64,000 nucleotides of DNA from Prochlorococcus sp. AG-459-E08 (GTDB taxonomy: Bacteria; Cyanobacteriota; Cyanobacteriia; PCC-6307; Cyanobiaceae): contig QCRB01000001.1 in the NCBI GenBank assembly GCA_003209425.1, positions 44,026 to 108,025 of the forward strand, in the 5' to 3' direction. The notes under the pieces are model-generated. The model did not search any database and was not told the DNA's origin. It saw nothing but the letters and a program-made list of their open reading frames with translations. Made by a program: the position numbers and the translations under genes. This document shows, one piece after another, positions 49,755 through 60,563 of this stretch. Positions within the stretch are counted from its first letter, which is position 1. Every line of letters starts with the position of its first letter.

Positions 49755-50753
49755 ATGAAAGTTTTAGTAACTGGCGCCGATGGATTTATTGGCTCACATT
49801 TAGTGGAAAAGCTAATTCAAAATAATTACAAAGTAAAAGCTTTTTGTATTTATAATTCATATGGAAGTAAAGGGTGGTTAGATACTTTACCTGCAAAAAT
49901 TATCGAAAAGATAGAATTTTTTTTAGGAGATATAAGGGATGCTAATTGCGTTAAAGAAGCTATGAAAGATTGTACTCATGTATTTCACCTAGCGGCTTTG
50001 ATTGCAATTCCCTATAGTTATGTTGCTCCTGCTAGTTATATCGATACTAATGTTCATGGGACATTAAATATTTTGCAAGCCGCAAAAGATTTAAATATAA
50101 AGCAAGTAATTCATACATCTACCTCTGAAACTTATGGAACAGCACAATTTGTTCCAATTAATGAAAGCCACCCACTTGTTGCTCAATCTCCATATTCAGC
50201 GAGTAAAATAGCTGCAGATCAAATTGCAACAAGTTTTTGGAAAAGTTTTAATACTCCAGTTACAATTTTAAGACCATTTAATACTTATGGACCTAGACAA
50301 AGTAATAGAGCTGTTATTCCAACAATCATCACACAAATCGCCAGTGGTAAAAAGGAAATAAAATTAGGAAAAATATCACCAACAAGGGACTTTAATTTTG
50401 TAAGCGATACTTGTTCTGCATTTGTTAACCTTCTAGATAATGAAATAGTTATTGGAAAAATAATAAATTCAGCTAGTAATTTTGAAGTTTCTATAGAAGA
50501 AACAGCTTTACTAATTGCAAAAATAATGGATATAGAAATCACTATTAAAAGTGAAGAAAATCGTTTAAGGCCAAAAAATTCAGAAGTTGAGAGATTATTT
50601 GGTGATAATTCATTACTAAAAAAAATAACAAACTGGGAACCAGAATTTGGAAATATTAATGGTTTTGAGAAAGGGTTAAGAATTACTATCGATTGGTTTA
50701 CTGACCCTTCCAACTTGGAACGATATAATTCAAAAAATTCATATCAGATTTAG
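49755..50753 (+). CDS. legB: NDP-GlcNAc 4,6-dehydratase, LegB-like
   Basis: TGADGFIGSHL, LAALIAIPYSY, STSETYG and QSPYSASK. Confidence 0.88.
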   Translation: MKVLVTGADGFIGSHLVEKLIQNNYKVKAFCIYNSYGSKGWLDTLPAKIIEKIEFFLGDIRDANCVKEAMKDCTHVFHLAALIAIPYSYVAPASYIDTNVHGTLNILQAAKDLNIKQVIHTSTSETYGTAQFVPINESHPLVAQSPYSASKIAADQIATSFWKSFNTPVTILRPFNTYGPRQSNRAVIPTIITQIASGKKEIKLGKISPTRDFNFVSDTCSAFVNLLDNEIVIGKIINSASNFEVSIEETALLIAKIMDIEITIKSEENRLRPKNSEVERLFGDNSLLKKITNWEPEFGNINGFEKGLRITIDWFTDPSNLERYNSKNSYQI

Positions 50754-50808
50754 TTAATATTGGTAGATAAAAATTTTTATAAACTTCCATATAATTACTC
50801 TAATTAAT

Positions 50809-52596
50809 ATGATAAAAAAGATTTTAAAAAAAAATAAGCTCAATAACCAAAATATTCCAGTAGTTTATTCCTGTTATAGTATTAATCTGATAATTAAATT
50901 AATAATTGAATTTTTCAAAAATAAGAAAAGTTTAAATAATATTTTAGGGACTAAAAAATTTTATTTTCATTGTGAAAAAAAATATCCCGATATTTCAATT
51001 TCAGAAATTGAAGATTTTGAATATCTCGCATTTCATTTTATATTGGTTGCGAAAAGATATTATAGGAAAATCCTTAAATTAAAATCTGAGGATATCTTTG
51101 GAATCAAAGATGAGGCTCAAAATTGCATTAACATTAGATATTTAATATCTTTAGTTGAAATCAACTTAAAATCTATACCTAAAAGTAATTTTATTTTTCA
51201 CTGTTGTTCTAGCGGTAATAAAATTGTTGATGAATTATTCAAAAGATATTATTTAAGAAAATACTTAATTAAGATTAAGATTAATAAAATCTCTGTAATT
51301 ATTAAACCCTCGAAAGATTTAGATTTTGATTGGAAAAATTTATCAAATGATATAAGTTCTTTTACAAAACCATTCCTTAAAACAAAAAAAATTAATTCAT
51401 TTACTAATTCTAATAAAGGATTTATTCATCATAAAAATCTCAAAGGATTTCAAGCATATTTTAAATTAACAAAGGATTTATCGATCTCAAATGAATTCGT
51501 AAGTTTAGATTATTCATCTATGTATAGCTATGGTAATCAAAAAAAGTTTAATTTAATTTCAAGTATAGTTATTTATAGTGTGAATATTTTTAGAAATAAT
51601 TTTTTAAAAATTATTAGACATAATCTTTTTAGTGAAATTTTAGAAATTATTTCTTGTAAAATTTATTATTTTTGTTGCATTAATACAATTAAATCATTGA
51701 AACTAAAATATATAGTTTGTTCTTATATTTCTTTCAAGCATGAAAATATTCTATTTCAAGCTTGTAGAGATACCAATACAGTTTCAATTTTCTATGATTA
51801 TTCTATGGGTTTACCTGTTAATAAAAATTACCCTGGAAATTCTCAAATTGACCTTATAAGAAATCCAAATTATCTTATTACATTTGGATCACAAAGATTT
51901 GAACAATATAAAGCAGTAAAAAGATTAAAAAGCGAAAATGTAAAAATCATAAATGCTTTATGTCCACAAATTGAATTCGCAAGAGAACAAAGCAAAAATA
52001 AACAAATTTCAAAGAATAAATTAGATCTTCAAAAATATAAATCTTCAAGATTAAAAATATCAATTTTCGATAACTTATATGGATTTAATTACCATATAAA
52101 AGAGGTAGATGTGATATCTTGCTTATATTCTATCAAAAGATCAAAGCTTGAAAAAATAGTATTAGTGCACAATAAAAGAGATGGGTTTTTAAGCCAACAT
52201 ATTAAAAATTCAGATTTAATTTATATCCCCCAAGAAAGATCTAATTTCTCAAATTCTTATTACTCTGATTTTATTATATCACTAGGCTTTCAAGGGGCAG
52301 CAATAAAAGCAGCAATTGCTTTTAATAAACCAATTATCTTTTTTAGTGAGAATAAAAAATTCTTTAATGATTCATATTTTTTCTTTAATAAGAAAAAAAA
52401 TGATAAAATTTTGTCACTTATTAAAGAATTAACTTTCAATGGTGAAAAATTAATGAACTCTATTTCAATTAAATCAAATTATGATGATTTTAATAATAAA
52501 ATAACACCTAATTCAAAAGAACTATTTAGCCAACTTAATTTGTATAATATTGATTCAGCTTACTCAGTAATTGATAAATTAATAAATAATGATTAA
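50809..52596 (+). CDS. Hypothetical surface-carbohydrate protein
   Basis: 595-aa ORF between legB and ptmE; the C-terminus is weakly GT-B-like. Confidence 0.45.
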   Translation: MIKKILKKNKLNNQNIPVVYSCYSINLIIKLIIEFFKNKKSLNNILGTKKFYFHCEKKYPDISISEIEDFEYLAFHFILVAKRYYRKILKLKSEDIFGIKDEAQNCINIRYLISLVEINLKSIPKSNFIFHCCSSGNKIVDELFKRYYLRKYLIKIKINKISVIIKPSKDLDFDWKNLSNDISSFTKPFLKTKKINSFTNSNKGFIHHKNLKGFQAYFKLTKDLSISNEFVSLDYSSMYSYGNQKKFNLISSIVIYSVNIFRNNFLKIIRHNLFSEILEIISCKIYYFCCINTIKSLKLKYIVCSYISFKHENILFQACRDTNTVSIFYDYSMGLPVNKNYPGNSQIDLIRNPNYLITFGSQRFEQYKAVKRLKSENVKIINALCPQIEFAREQSKNKQISKNKLDLQKYKSSRLKISIFDNLYGFNYHIKEVDVISCLYSIKRSKLEKIVLVHNKRDGFLSQHIKNSDLIYIPQERSNFSNSYYSDFIISLGFQGAAIKAAIAFNKPIIFFSENKKFFNDSYFFFNKKKNDKILSLIKELTFNGEKLMNSISIKSNYDDFNNKITPNSKELFSQLNLYNIDSAYSVIDKLINND

Positions 52597-52668
52597 TCCG
52601 TGAAAAAAACAAAAATTTATCTTATTTTTTTTATTGTTTACAATTTTGGACTTAGGAATTTAACTATA

Positions 52669-53727
52669 CTATTCCCATTCATCTTTTGCCCTATTAAGAC
52701 TATCAATGCGGCCAATATCGAGCCAATACTCATGTATTGGGTAAACTACTTTTTTATAATTATCCCCTAATCGCTTATTTAAGAGATCGGGCATGTCTAA
52801 GTATTCTTGGTTATTTAATTCATTAATAATTGAGGGATTTATTATATAAATGCCAGCATTTATGAAGTTTTTAAAAGTTGGTTTTTCGACTATAGATTTA
52901 AAATTTATACCCTCTACCTCTACAACACCATATGGGCTCGTATAATAATGTTCACTTCCAGCAATAGTAATATCGGCACAATTATTTTCATGAAATTCAA
53001 GAAACTGAGGAATATTTATTTTAGTTAAAATATCACCATTCATTATTAATAATGGATGGTTAATTGTTTTAGGTAATAAACTTAAGGCACCTGCAGTGCC
53101 CATTGGTTTCTCTTCATGTAAGTAAGAAATAGAAATATCCCATTTTTCTCCATTGCCAAAGTAGTTAATGATTTGGTCAGATAAATAATGTACTGAGATA
53201 TAAAATTTTCTTAAACCTACTTTTATACATTTCTCTAATATGATCTCTAGTAAAGGTTTACCATTAATTTTAATTAAGGGTTTTGGACAGTTTTCAGTTA
53301 AAGGCATTAATCTTTCCCCTCTTCCTCCTGCCATTAAAAGGACAGAATTTGGATATTGTTTTGCATCTTTTTCAAAAGAATAATTATCTAAGACATGTAG
53401 ACCTAGAAGTTTATCTTCCTCATCAATTACAGGAATATGCAAAATTGAATGTTTCTGCATTAATTCCTTAACCTCTTTATAGGTAACTTGCTTAGAAACC
53501 TTTATATAATTTCTTGACATAACTTTATCTACCTTGCAATTTAAACTCAGCCCTTTGAGTAAGGCTCTTCTTATGTCACCATCATAGACTGTACCTTTAA
53601 GAAGGTTATCTTGATTTATAACCAATACTATTTTAAGTTTACTTTTTTCTAGTGTCTCTACTGCCTCCTTTATAGTCGCATTTTGGAGTATTTTGACACT
53701 GCTACATTCTTTATCTGAAAGAAACAC
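52669..53727 (-). CDS. CBS-domain sugar-phosphate nucleotidyltransferase (PtmE-like)
   Basis: CBS pair (DGDIRR), MAGGRGERLMPLT, PKPL, MNGD and WLDIG. Confidence 0.9.
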   Translation of the reverse strand: MFLSDKECSSVKILQNATIKEAVETLEKSKLKIVLVINQDNLLKGTVYDGDIRRALLKGLSLNCKVDKVMSRNYIKVSKQVTYKEVKELMQKHSILHIPVIDEEDKLLGLHVLDNYSFEKDAKQYPNSVLLMAGGRGERLMPLTENCPKPLIKINGKPLLEIILEKCIKVGLRKFYISVHYLSDQIINYFGNGEKWDISISYLHEEKPMGTAGALSLLPKTINHPLLIMNGDILTKINIPQFLEFHENNCADITIAGSEHYYTSPYGVVEVEGINFKSIVEKPTFKNFINAGIYIINPSIINELNNQEYLDMPDLLNKRLGDNYKKVVYPIHEYWLDIGRIDSLNRAKDEWE

Positions 53728-53944
53728 CAGATTATTATTCAGTATTAAATATTCTAAGTTATTTAATAAGCTAATTATTAAATAATAATCATTTTTGAAA
53801 TATTGTGAGCTTGAAAAATAACGACTACATATAAAAAATAATTTAAAAAAGGTTAAAATTAAATTTATATTTATCGACTTAATATAATAAGAAATATTAG
53901 GAAAATAAGTCAGAATAAATAATTCTAAATTATTATCATTTGAT

Positions 53945-55582
53945 ATGAATTATAAAGAAGAAAATAAAAAATCTTTAAAGATTCTGGATTGTACCCTCAG
54001 AGACGGAGGTTATTACAATAATTGGGATTTTGATATTGATCTTATTAGAGAACATATTGATGTGATAAGAAGCTGTAATATCGATATATTGGAATTAGGT
54101 TTTAGATCTTTAATTAATGACCAATATAAAGGTCCTTTAGCATTTACAAGAGATGATTTTTTAGAGAAATTTGATAGCAAAAATTTAAAAATAGCTGTTA
54201 TGGTAAATATAAAAGAATTTGAAAAGGATAATAATGGAATCAAAAATAAAATAGATAGATTATTTCCTTTTGACAGTAAAAACTCAAAGGTTGATGTTAT
54301 AAGGCTTGCTTGTACTTATGAAGAAATTGATAAAGCAATAGTTGCTTACCAATTACTTAAAGAAAAAGGTTTTGAAATTTGCATAAATATTATGCATGGA
54401 GCTTTTTTAGATTTTAAAACTCTTAAAGATATAGCTAATAGTATAAAAAAACTATCTTTATCTGCTATTTATTTGGCTGATAGTACAGGAAGTATGGACT
54501 CAATTGAATATAATAGTAAATTAAATATTTTAGCTCAAGAAACAAATTTTGATATTGGAATTCACGCACATAATAATCTTGGCAAAGCACTTGATAATAC
54601 CTTAAGTTCAATAAGCGCTGGGAGCACTTGGCTAGATGCAACGATATTAGGGATGGGTCGTGGCCCAGGGAACACTGATATTGAAGAGCTTTTAATTTCT
54701 TTAACCCCAAAATATAGAAAAAAAATAAATATAATTCCATTAATAAACCATTCAAAGAAATGGTTCGAAAAATTAAAAGTGGAACATAAATGGGGTAAAA
54801 ATAGGTTTTATTTCTTATCTGCAAAATATAAAATTCATCCCTCTTTTATACAGACAATGCTGACTGATGCAAGATATAGCACAGCTGAAATTATAGGAGC
54901 AATTGATTATTTAAAGAATGACAAGTCAAGAACATTTAATTCTCAAAAATTACTAAAAGCAAGAACTTTTTTTGAGGGCAATCCACGAGGTCGAGATATT
55001 CCAAATAATAAAATCAAACAAGAAAGAATTTTATTGCTAGGGAATAGTGAAGGTATTTTAAATTTCAAGGATAAATTAGAAGAATTTATAACCTCTGAAA
55101 ATTTATATGTAATTGGTATAAATTCAAAATCTTATATAAATCAAGAATTAATTAATGCCAGAGTGTTTGCACATCCAATGAGATTACTTGCAGATAACAA
55201 CTTATTTGAATTATTAAATCAATTGATAATAACACCTTATTCTATGCTTCCAGAAAAAATAAAACTTAAACTTAAAAATAATAAAGTTCTAGATTATGGC
55301 TTAAAAATTGAAAGAAGCAGTATGGAATCATTAAAAAATTACTGTACTATTCCTTCCCCAATCGCATTGGCTTATGCCTTAGCCACATTAGGTGCCACCA
55401 ATGTAAATAATATTATACTTGCAGGATTTGATGGTTATCCAAAAGGAGACATAAGAAACCAGGAGGTTGAAAGTATTTTCGCTATATTCAAAAAAAAGTA
55501 TGAAAAAATTAATATTTATTCCATCACTCCAACTAATTATTTTAATGTCAGTTCAAAAAGTATTTATGGTTTTAATTTATGA
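53945..55582 (+). CDS. DRE-TIM/HMGL-like metallo-aldolase with C-terminal extension
   Basis: LDCTLRDGGYYNNW, ADSTG, GIHAHNN and GMGRGPGN. Confidence 0.85.
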   Translation: MNYKEENKKSLKILDCTLRDGGYYNNWDFDIDLIREHIDVIRSCNIDILELGFRSLINDQYKGPLAFTRDDFLEKFDSKNLKIAVMVNIKEFEKDNNGIKNKIDRLFPFDSKNSKVDVIRLACTYEEIDKAIVAYQLLKEKGFEICINIMHGAFLDFKTLKDIANSIKKLSLSAIYLADSTGSMDSIEYNSKLNILAQETNFDIGIHAHNNLGKALDNTLSSISAGSTWLDATILGMGRGPGNTDIEELLISLTPKYRKKINIIPLINHSKKWFEKLKVEHKWGKNRFYFLSAKYKIHPSFIQTMLTDARYSTAEIIGAIDYLKNDKSRTFNSQKLLKARTFFEGNPRGRDIPNNKIKQERILLLGNSEGILNFKDKLEEFITSENLYVIGINSKSYINQELINARVFAHPMRLLADNNLFELLNQLIITPYSMLPEKIKLKLKNNKVLDYGLKIERSSMESLKNYCTIPSPIALAYALATLGATNVNNIILAGFDGYPKGDIRNQEVESIFAIFKKKYEKINIYSITPTNYFNVSSKSIYGFNL

Positions 55583-56307
55583 AAAGTTGCGTTGTAATTC
55601 CAGCAAGATATAAATCATCTAGATTTCCGGGGAAACCTCTTGCGAAAATAATAGGTAAAGAAATGATACTTCATGTAGCTGAAGCCGCAGAAAAGGCAAT
55701 TAATAGAAATGATATTTTCATACTCACGGATGATGAAAAGATAAGGGAAATAGTTGAAAAGAATAATTTTAATTGCTTAATTACAAGCAATCATGCAAGA
55801 ACTGGCACAGATAGAATTGCAGAAGTTATTAACGATTTAAATTATGATTACTTTATCAATGTTCAAGGAGATGAACCCCTTGTTAATCCATCAGATATAT
55901 CTAAATGCATAGAACTTAAGATTAAGAATCCATCCATTGTTGTTAATGGCTTCGCACCAATAACTAATTGGGAAGACTTTTATTCAATAAATATACCTAA
56001 AGTTATTATTGATGAGCAAAATTATTTAATTTATATGTCAAGGAGCCAAATACCTGGATTCAAATCCACAAGTAAAAGTTTATCTGGATTAAAGAGACAA
56101 GTCTGCATTTATGGATATAACAAGAATGATTTAAATTTTATTAAGGCAACTCAAAAAAAAGGTTTTCTCGAGGAAAGAGAGGATATTGAAATCTTAAGAT
56201 TCATTGAAAATGGTAGAAAAGTTCTAATGTACGAATGTGATTCGAGTTCAATTTCAGTTGACGTTCCAAATGATATAGAAAAAGTTGTTAGAACTCTAAA
56301 TTCCTAA
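55579..56307 (+). CDS. KdsB-like ulosonate cytidylyltransferase
   Basis: IPARYKSSRFPGKPLA, TGTDR, NVQGDEP, EILR and SVD. Confidence 0.9.
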   Translation: MKSCVVIPARYKSSRFPGKPLAKIIGKEMILHVAEAAEKAINRNDIFILTDDEKIREIVEKNNFNCLITSNHARTGTDRIAEVINDLNYDYFINVQGDEPLVNPSDISKCIELKIKNPSIVVNGFAPITNWEDFYSINIPKVIIDEQNYLIYMSRSQIPGFKSTSKSLSGLKRQVCIYGYNKNDLNFIKATQKKGFLEEREDIEILRFIENGRKVLMYECDSSSISVDVPNDIEKVVRTLNS

Positions 56308-56308
56308 A

Positions 56309-56980
56309 GTGAAAAAGTTAAACTCATACAAAAACCTAATTTTTGACTGTGATGGAATAATTCTTAACTCAAATAAAATTAAAACTGAAGCTTTTAGAGA
56401 GGTTGTTTTTCATTATGGAAATGAGGCCGCTGAAGAATTAGTCAATTTCCACGTAATGAATGGGGGGATTTCTAGATATGAAAAATTTAATTATTTTTTT
56501 GAGACTATTTCATCCCATCATAATTTAGATAAAAATTACATTAATGTAGAAAAATTAATAAAAAATTATAGTTCAATAGTTCAAAAAAAACTTGAGGTAT
56601 GCGAAATATCTAAACAAATAATCCAATATAGAAAATACTCAGATAGGATTTGGTATGTAGTAAGTGGTTCAGACCAGAATGAACTAATAAAAATCTTTAA
56701 AAAAAAACAATTAATTAATAATTTTCAAGGAGGAATTTATGGAAGTCCACTATCCAAAGATGAAATATTTAAAAAAATTTTTAAATACAAAATGGATGAA
56801 ATATCAAAATCTATTTATATAGGAGATAGTAAATATGATTTTTTAGCAGCCAAAAAAATAGGATTAGATTTTGTGTTTTTATCTAAATGGTCTGAATTTA
56901 AAGATATTGAAAACTTCGCGAAAAATAACAATATCAATATTTTTAAAGAGTTTCAGGATATTATTGATAGCCAAATTTAG
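56309..56980 (+). CDS. HAD-family phosphatase
   Basis: FDCDGII, VVSGS, GSP and YIGDSKYD. Confidence 0.88.
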   Translation: MKKLNSYKNLIFDCDGIILNSNKIKTEAFREVVFHYGNEAAEELVNFHVMNGGISRYEKFNYFFETISSHHNLDKNYINVEKLIKNYSSIVQKKLEVCEISKQIIQYRKYSDRIWYVVSGSDQNELIKIFKKKQLINNFQGGIYGSPLSKDEIFKKIFKYKMDEISKSIYIGDSKYDFLAAKKIGLDFVFLSKWSEFKDIENFAKNNNINIFKEFQDIIDSQI

Positions 56981-57191
56981 CAATATTTATTTCTTAATTA
57001 ATATAAGATTCAAATTTTTAACATTAATTTTTATAAAATGATCTATGCTTATCTATTCTTCCCAAATCGTATCAAAAATGAAAAATAAAATTTTTAATTT
57101 CAATAAATAATAATCTTTATATTTCTTTCCAATGATTGCTTATATAAATTTAAAATAGTAAATTAATAAAATAAAAGTTCAGAGATGTAAA

Positions 57192-58328
57192 TTGCTTAAA
57201 AATAATACTTTAAAAAAAAATATAATTCTTCTTTATCCTTATTTTAACGGAAGCAGTGGTGCTTTTAATAGATATATATTATTAGAAGACCTATTAAAAA
57301 AAATTAATATACCTGTTAAATTAATATTAATTAAAGAGAAAAAATTTAATTCAATCTTTTTAAATACATTTTTTAGGATTATTAAATTTTTAAAAGTTGA
57401 ATTCTTAATATTTTATTACTCTATCTTGAAAGATTACTATTTCATAACTGATTTCAACCCTTCAATTTTAGCCTTGTTTGCGAGTCGAACTATTATTCAA
57501 ATTCATGATATATCTTGGGAAAAAAAGGAATTTGCTAGGCATAATTCATTTTTTTATTTTATTTTTTTATATTTTATTAGAAATTATTCAAATATATTAA
57601 CAGTAAGTAAAACTTCAAAGCAGTCGATAGAAAATTTTTCAGGAAGAAAAAAAGAAATTATGTATTTATATGCTTCTGTTAACAAAGAATTCATTAAAAT
57701 ATCAAATAAAATTGCTAAAAATGAATTCTTAAAAAAGGATTTTATTAATAAGGCTTTAAATTTAGATTTACCTAACATAATTTATATCGCTACATTAACT
57801 CCAAGGAAGTGTCATCTAGATTTATTAGAAGCCTTATCGAAAACTAAAACTTTATTTAATGTTAATTTAGTGGGATTTCCAACCAGCAAGAAAATAAGAA
57901 AGTTAATTGAAAATAAAACTACAAGCAATGGTAATAGAATTAGATCCAATATTAATTATTTTCCAGAACTTAGCCAAAAAGATCTTTGCACTCTTTTACT
58001 CTACTCTTCAGCTTATGTTTCTACATCAAAAAATGAAGGATTTGGTTTACCTGTTTTAGAAGCATCCCTTTACGGAATTCCCTTGATAATTAGAGATATT
58101 GATATAAACAAAGAGTTATTCCCAAATTCTAATTTTTTTCAATCTACCAATGAACTTTCTAAACTTTTAGATGAAATAAAACCTTTAACAAATTTTGAGT
58201 TACAAAAAAGAAAAGAAACTCTTTCTCAAATTAATGAAGAAAACTTAATGAAGATATTTAATTATTCAACATTAAGTAAAAAGTTAAAAAATATACTTGA
58301 ATCCAATTTAAATTTTAAGAAAAAGTAA
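57192..58328 (+). CDS. Glycosyltransferase family 4 (GT-B)
   Basis: IHD, TVS, PRK and EGFGLPVLEA (EX7E). Confidence 0.9.
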   Translation: MLKNNTLKKNIILLYPYFNGSSGAFNRYILLEDLLKKINIPVKLILIKEKKFNSIFLNTFFRIIKFLKVEFLIFYYSILKDYYFITDFNPSILALFASRTIIQIHDISWEKKEFARHNSFFYFIFLYFIRNYSNILTVSKTSKQSIENFSGRKKEIMYLYASVNKEFIKISNKIAKNEFLKKDFINKALNLDLPNIIYIATLTPRKCHLDLLEALSKTKTLFNVNLVGFPTSKKIRKLIENKTTSNGNRIRSNINYFPELSQKDLCTLLLYSSAYVSTSKNEGFGLPVLEASLYGIPLIIRDIDINKELFPNSNFFQSTNELSKLLDEIKPLTNFELQKRKETLSQINEENLMKIFNYSTLSKKLKNILESNLNFKKK

Positions 58329-59405
58329 GTTCTTATAGGGTAACCAACATGAAGCATGATAAGCAAAATTAAGCCAAAAAATCAAGCTCAAAAAAGAAAT
58401 CACAATAATACTATTTACTATATAAAAACTTTTTATATTAAAAAGTTTTAGATCAGGGATATTAGAAGTTATGAAAATGGTTGATGGGAATACATATAAT
58501 AGTAATCTATAAGCAATAACTGATTTTAAAAAAACCAAAGGCAACATAGCTATAGCAAAAATGGAAAAGATAATAAAAATCTTATTTAAATATGAATTAA
58601 AATTAAATTTTCTTAAATACAGTAAGAATACCAATGATGGTAAGAAGTTTATCAACCATATAAAAATTGCTCCTTTGGCTTCACCAAGTAATGCCGAAGG
58701 TATCGTAATGTAATAATATATTCTAATAATAAAACTTGGTGAACTATATATAAATAAAATTAATACTACAATAAATGCGATAACATATTTTTTTGAGAAT
58801 TTTTCCTTAAGGATTTTGGGAACTAAAGGTATTAATAAAAAACAATTAAATAATATAGAAAATTGATGAATTAGTAAGGAAAAAATTGTTAAAAGAAAGT
58901 GGTATAAGTATTTAGTCTTTGAGACCAAAAAGATTGAAAGCATTAATATTGATATACACGCAGCTTGTCTAATAGAACCCATTCCTACAACAACTATGTA
59001 ATATGGATAAGAAACTAATAAAGAAAGATATACTCTTTTTATTTTTGAACAATAATAAAATAGTGGCGTAACAAATATCATTGCGTAAATCAAATTAAGA
59101 ACATAAATATTTCTAGAAAAAATAGTAATCAAATTATGACCAAATTCTTTAATTACATGATTAGGGCCGCTTACAAAATTGTTTATTAAAATATCCAAAA
59201 AACTTTTTGACGATAATTTGTCAAACATTTGCTCGTATCTTAACCAATCACATCCAATATCAGATCTTAACCCAATAAAAAAAATAAAGAATAAGGCTAT
59301 AAAACAATAAAAATATTTATTTTTCAATAAACTTTTTAAACTATTTAAATCCTCCAATATAGTTAAAAAAGAAAGAAGAAAAAAAGGTAATAAATAAGCA
59401 ATCAT
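58308..59405 (-). CDS. EpsG-family polysaccharide polymerase (Wzy-like)
   Basis: GLRSDIGCDWLRY, IRQA and IHQFS; multi-pass membrane protein. Confidence 0.82.
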   Translation of the reverse strand: MIAYLLPFFLLSFLTILEDLNSLKSLLKNKYFYCFIALFFIFFIGLRSDIGCDWLRYEQMFDKLSSKSFLDILINNFVSGPNHVIKEFGHNLITIFSRNIYVLNLIYAMIFVTPLFYYCSKIKRVYLSLLVSYPYYIVVVGMGSIRQAACISILMLSIFLVSKTKYLYHFLLTIFSLLIHQFSILFNCFLLIPLVPKILKEKFSKKYVIAFIVVLILFIYSSPSFIIRIYYYITIPSALLGEAKGAIFIWLINFLPSLVFLLYLRKFNFNSYLNKIFIIFSIFAIAMLPLVFLKSVIAYRLLLYVFPSTIFITSNIPDLKLFNIKSFYIVNSIIVISFLSLIFWLNFAYHASCWLPYKNLLFLKI

Positions 59406-59637
59406 TGATATGAAGTATGATTAATTTGAAAAAATAAAATTACAAACATTAAGTAAAAACAAATCGATTTTATGATTATTCATGCCATAGAGATCACTGA
59501 TAAAGCTATTACAAGGTTTAGCAATTTTCATTAGGTGACTATACTAATTAGCTTTTCTATTTGTCATAAAAAAAGGTTAAATTTCATAAAACAACTTATG
59601 TTAAATAAAGCCTCTTAATATCACTAAGAAAATAAAG

Positions 59638-59710
59638 TGGAGCCAAGCGGACTCGAACCGCTGACCCCCTGCATGCCATGCAGGTGCTCTACCAACTGAG
59701 CTATGGCCCC
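59638..59710 (-). tRNA. tRNA-Ala (GGC)
   Basis: Reverse complement reads GGGGCCATAGCTCAGTTGGTAGAGCACCTGCATGGCATGCAGGGGGTCAGCGGTTCGAGTCCGCTTGGCTCCA; anticodon arm CCTGC-ATGGCAT-GCAGG; the 3' CCA is not encoded. Confidence 0.97.
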
Positions 59711-59932
59711 AGAGAGTTAAGATTTCACTAATTAATCTTAGATTTTTGTATAATTCTAATTATATTACTTTATAGTATCTGCTAAATAAATTTTATCTAT
59801 TACATAATTTAAATTTTATTTACATAAAGTCCTTTTCTCCGATTATAAATCTTCTAAAATTTTTGGGATTTTCTTAAAATTGACTAAGCTTTAGGTTTTA
59901 AATTTTTTTAACTTAAAGAAGAGGATTCTTCA

Positions 59933-60372
59933 ATGGAAACTCTTAGAAAATCTTTTAATTATGAAGTAGCTTTTAGCGATCATATAATCGGAGGCACAAC
60001 AGCAATATTATCAGCAGCTTTAGGAGCTACAATTATTGAAAAATATTTTACTCAACGTAAGAAATTAAAAGCTCCTTATCGTTTATGCAGTCTCAAGCCA
60101 AGTGAACTTAAAAATATGATTACAGCAATTAGATTAGCCCTTTAATTAAGGTTTCTGATTGTAAGACATTACAAGATTCTGAAAAAGATATAAAAAAAGT
60201 TGCTTCTAAGATTATTGTAGCTGCTCATTAAATACGGATTGGAGATGTTTTTGGCAAAACTAATTTAAAATTAATTAGGGCTGGGGAAATAGTACTAAAT
60301 GGAATATATTTCAAAAAATTATTGGGCAATAGAGCAACTAAAGTTTATGAAGAAGGAGAAATTATTACTTTT
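59933..60372 (+). pseudogene. Degraded C-terminal fragment of a second neuB
   Basis: FSDH, ALGATIIEKYFT and SLKPSEL; after a frameshift near 60148 comes a SAF-like tail (SEKDIKKVASKIIVAAH*IRIGDVF...NL...R...LLG...YEEGEII) with an internal stop. Confidence 0.85.
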
Positions 60373-60563
60373 TGTGAGATATATTTCTGTCTGAATATTA
60401 ATAAATAACAAAAGATTATATTTAATTTTCTTAGATATATATTTAAAAAAAGGAAAATTTTTTTTTATCATTTGCCTTTTTTATATTTGATAATAAAAAG
60501 ATATTTTAATATGGGTATTATTAAAAAGTTTAAAAAGGTATAAAGTACCTAAATTTAACATCT

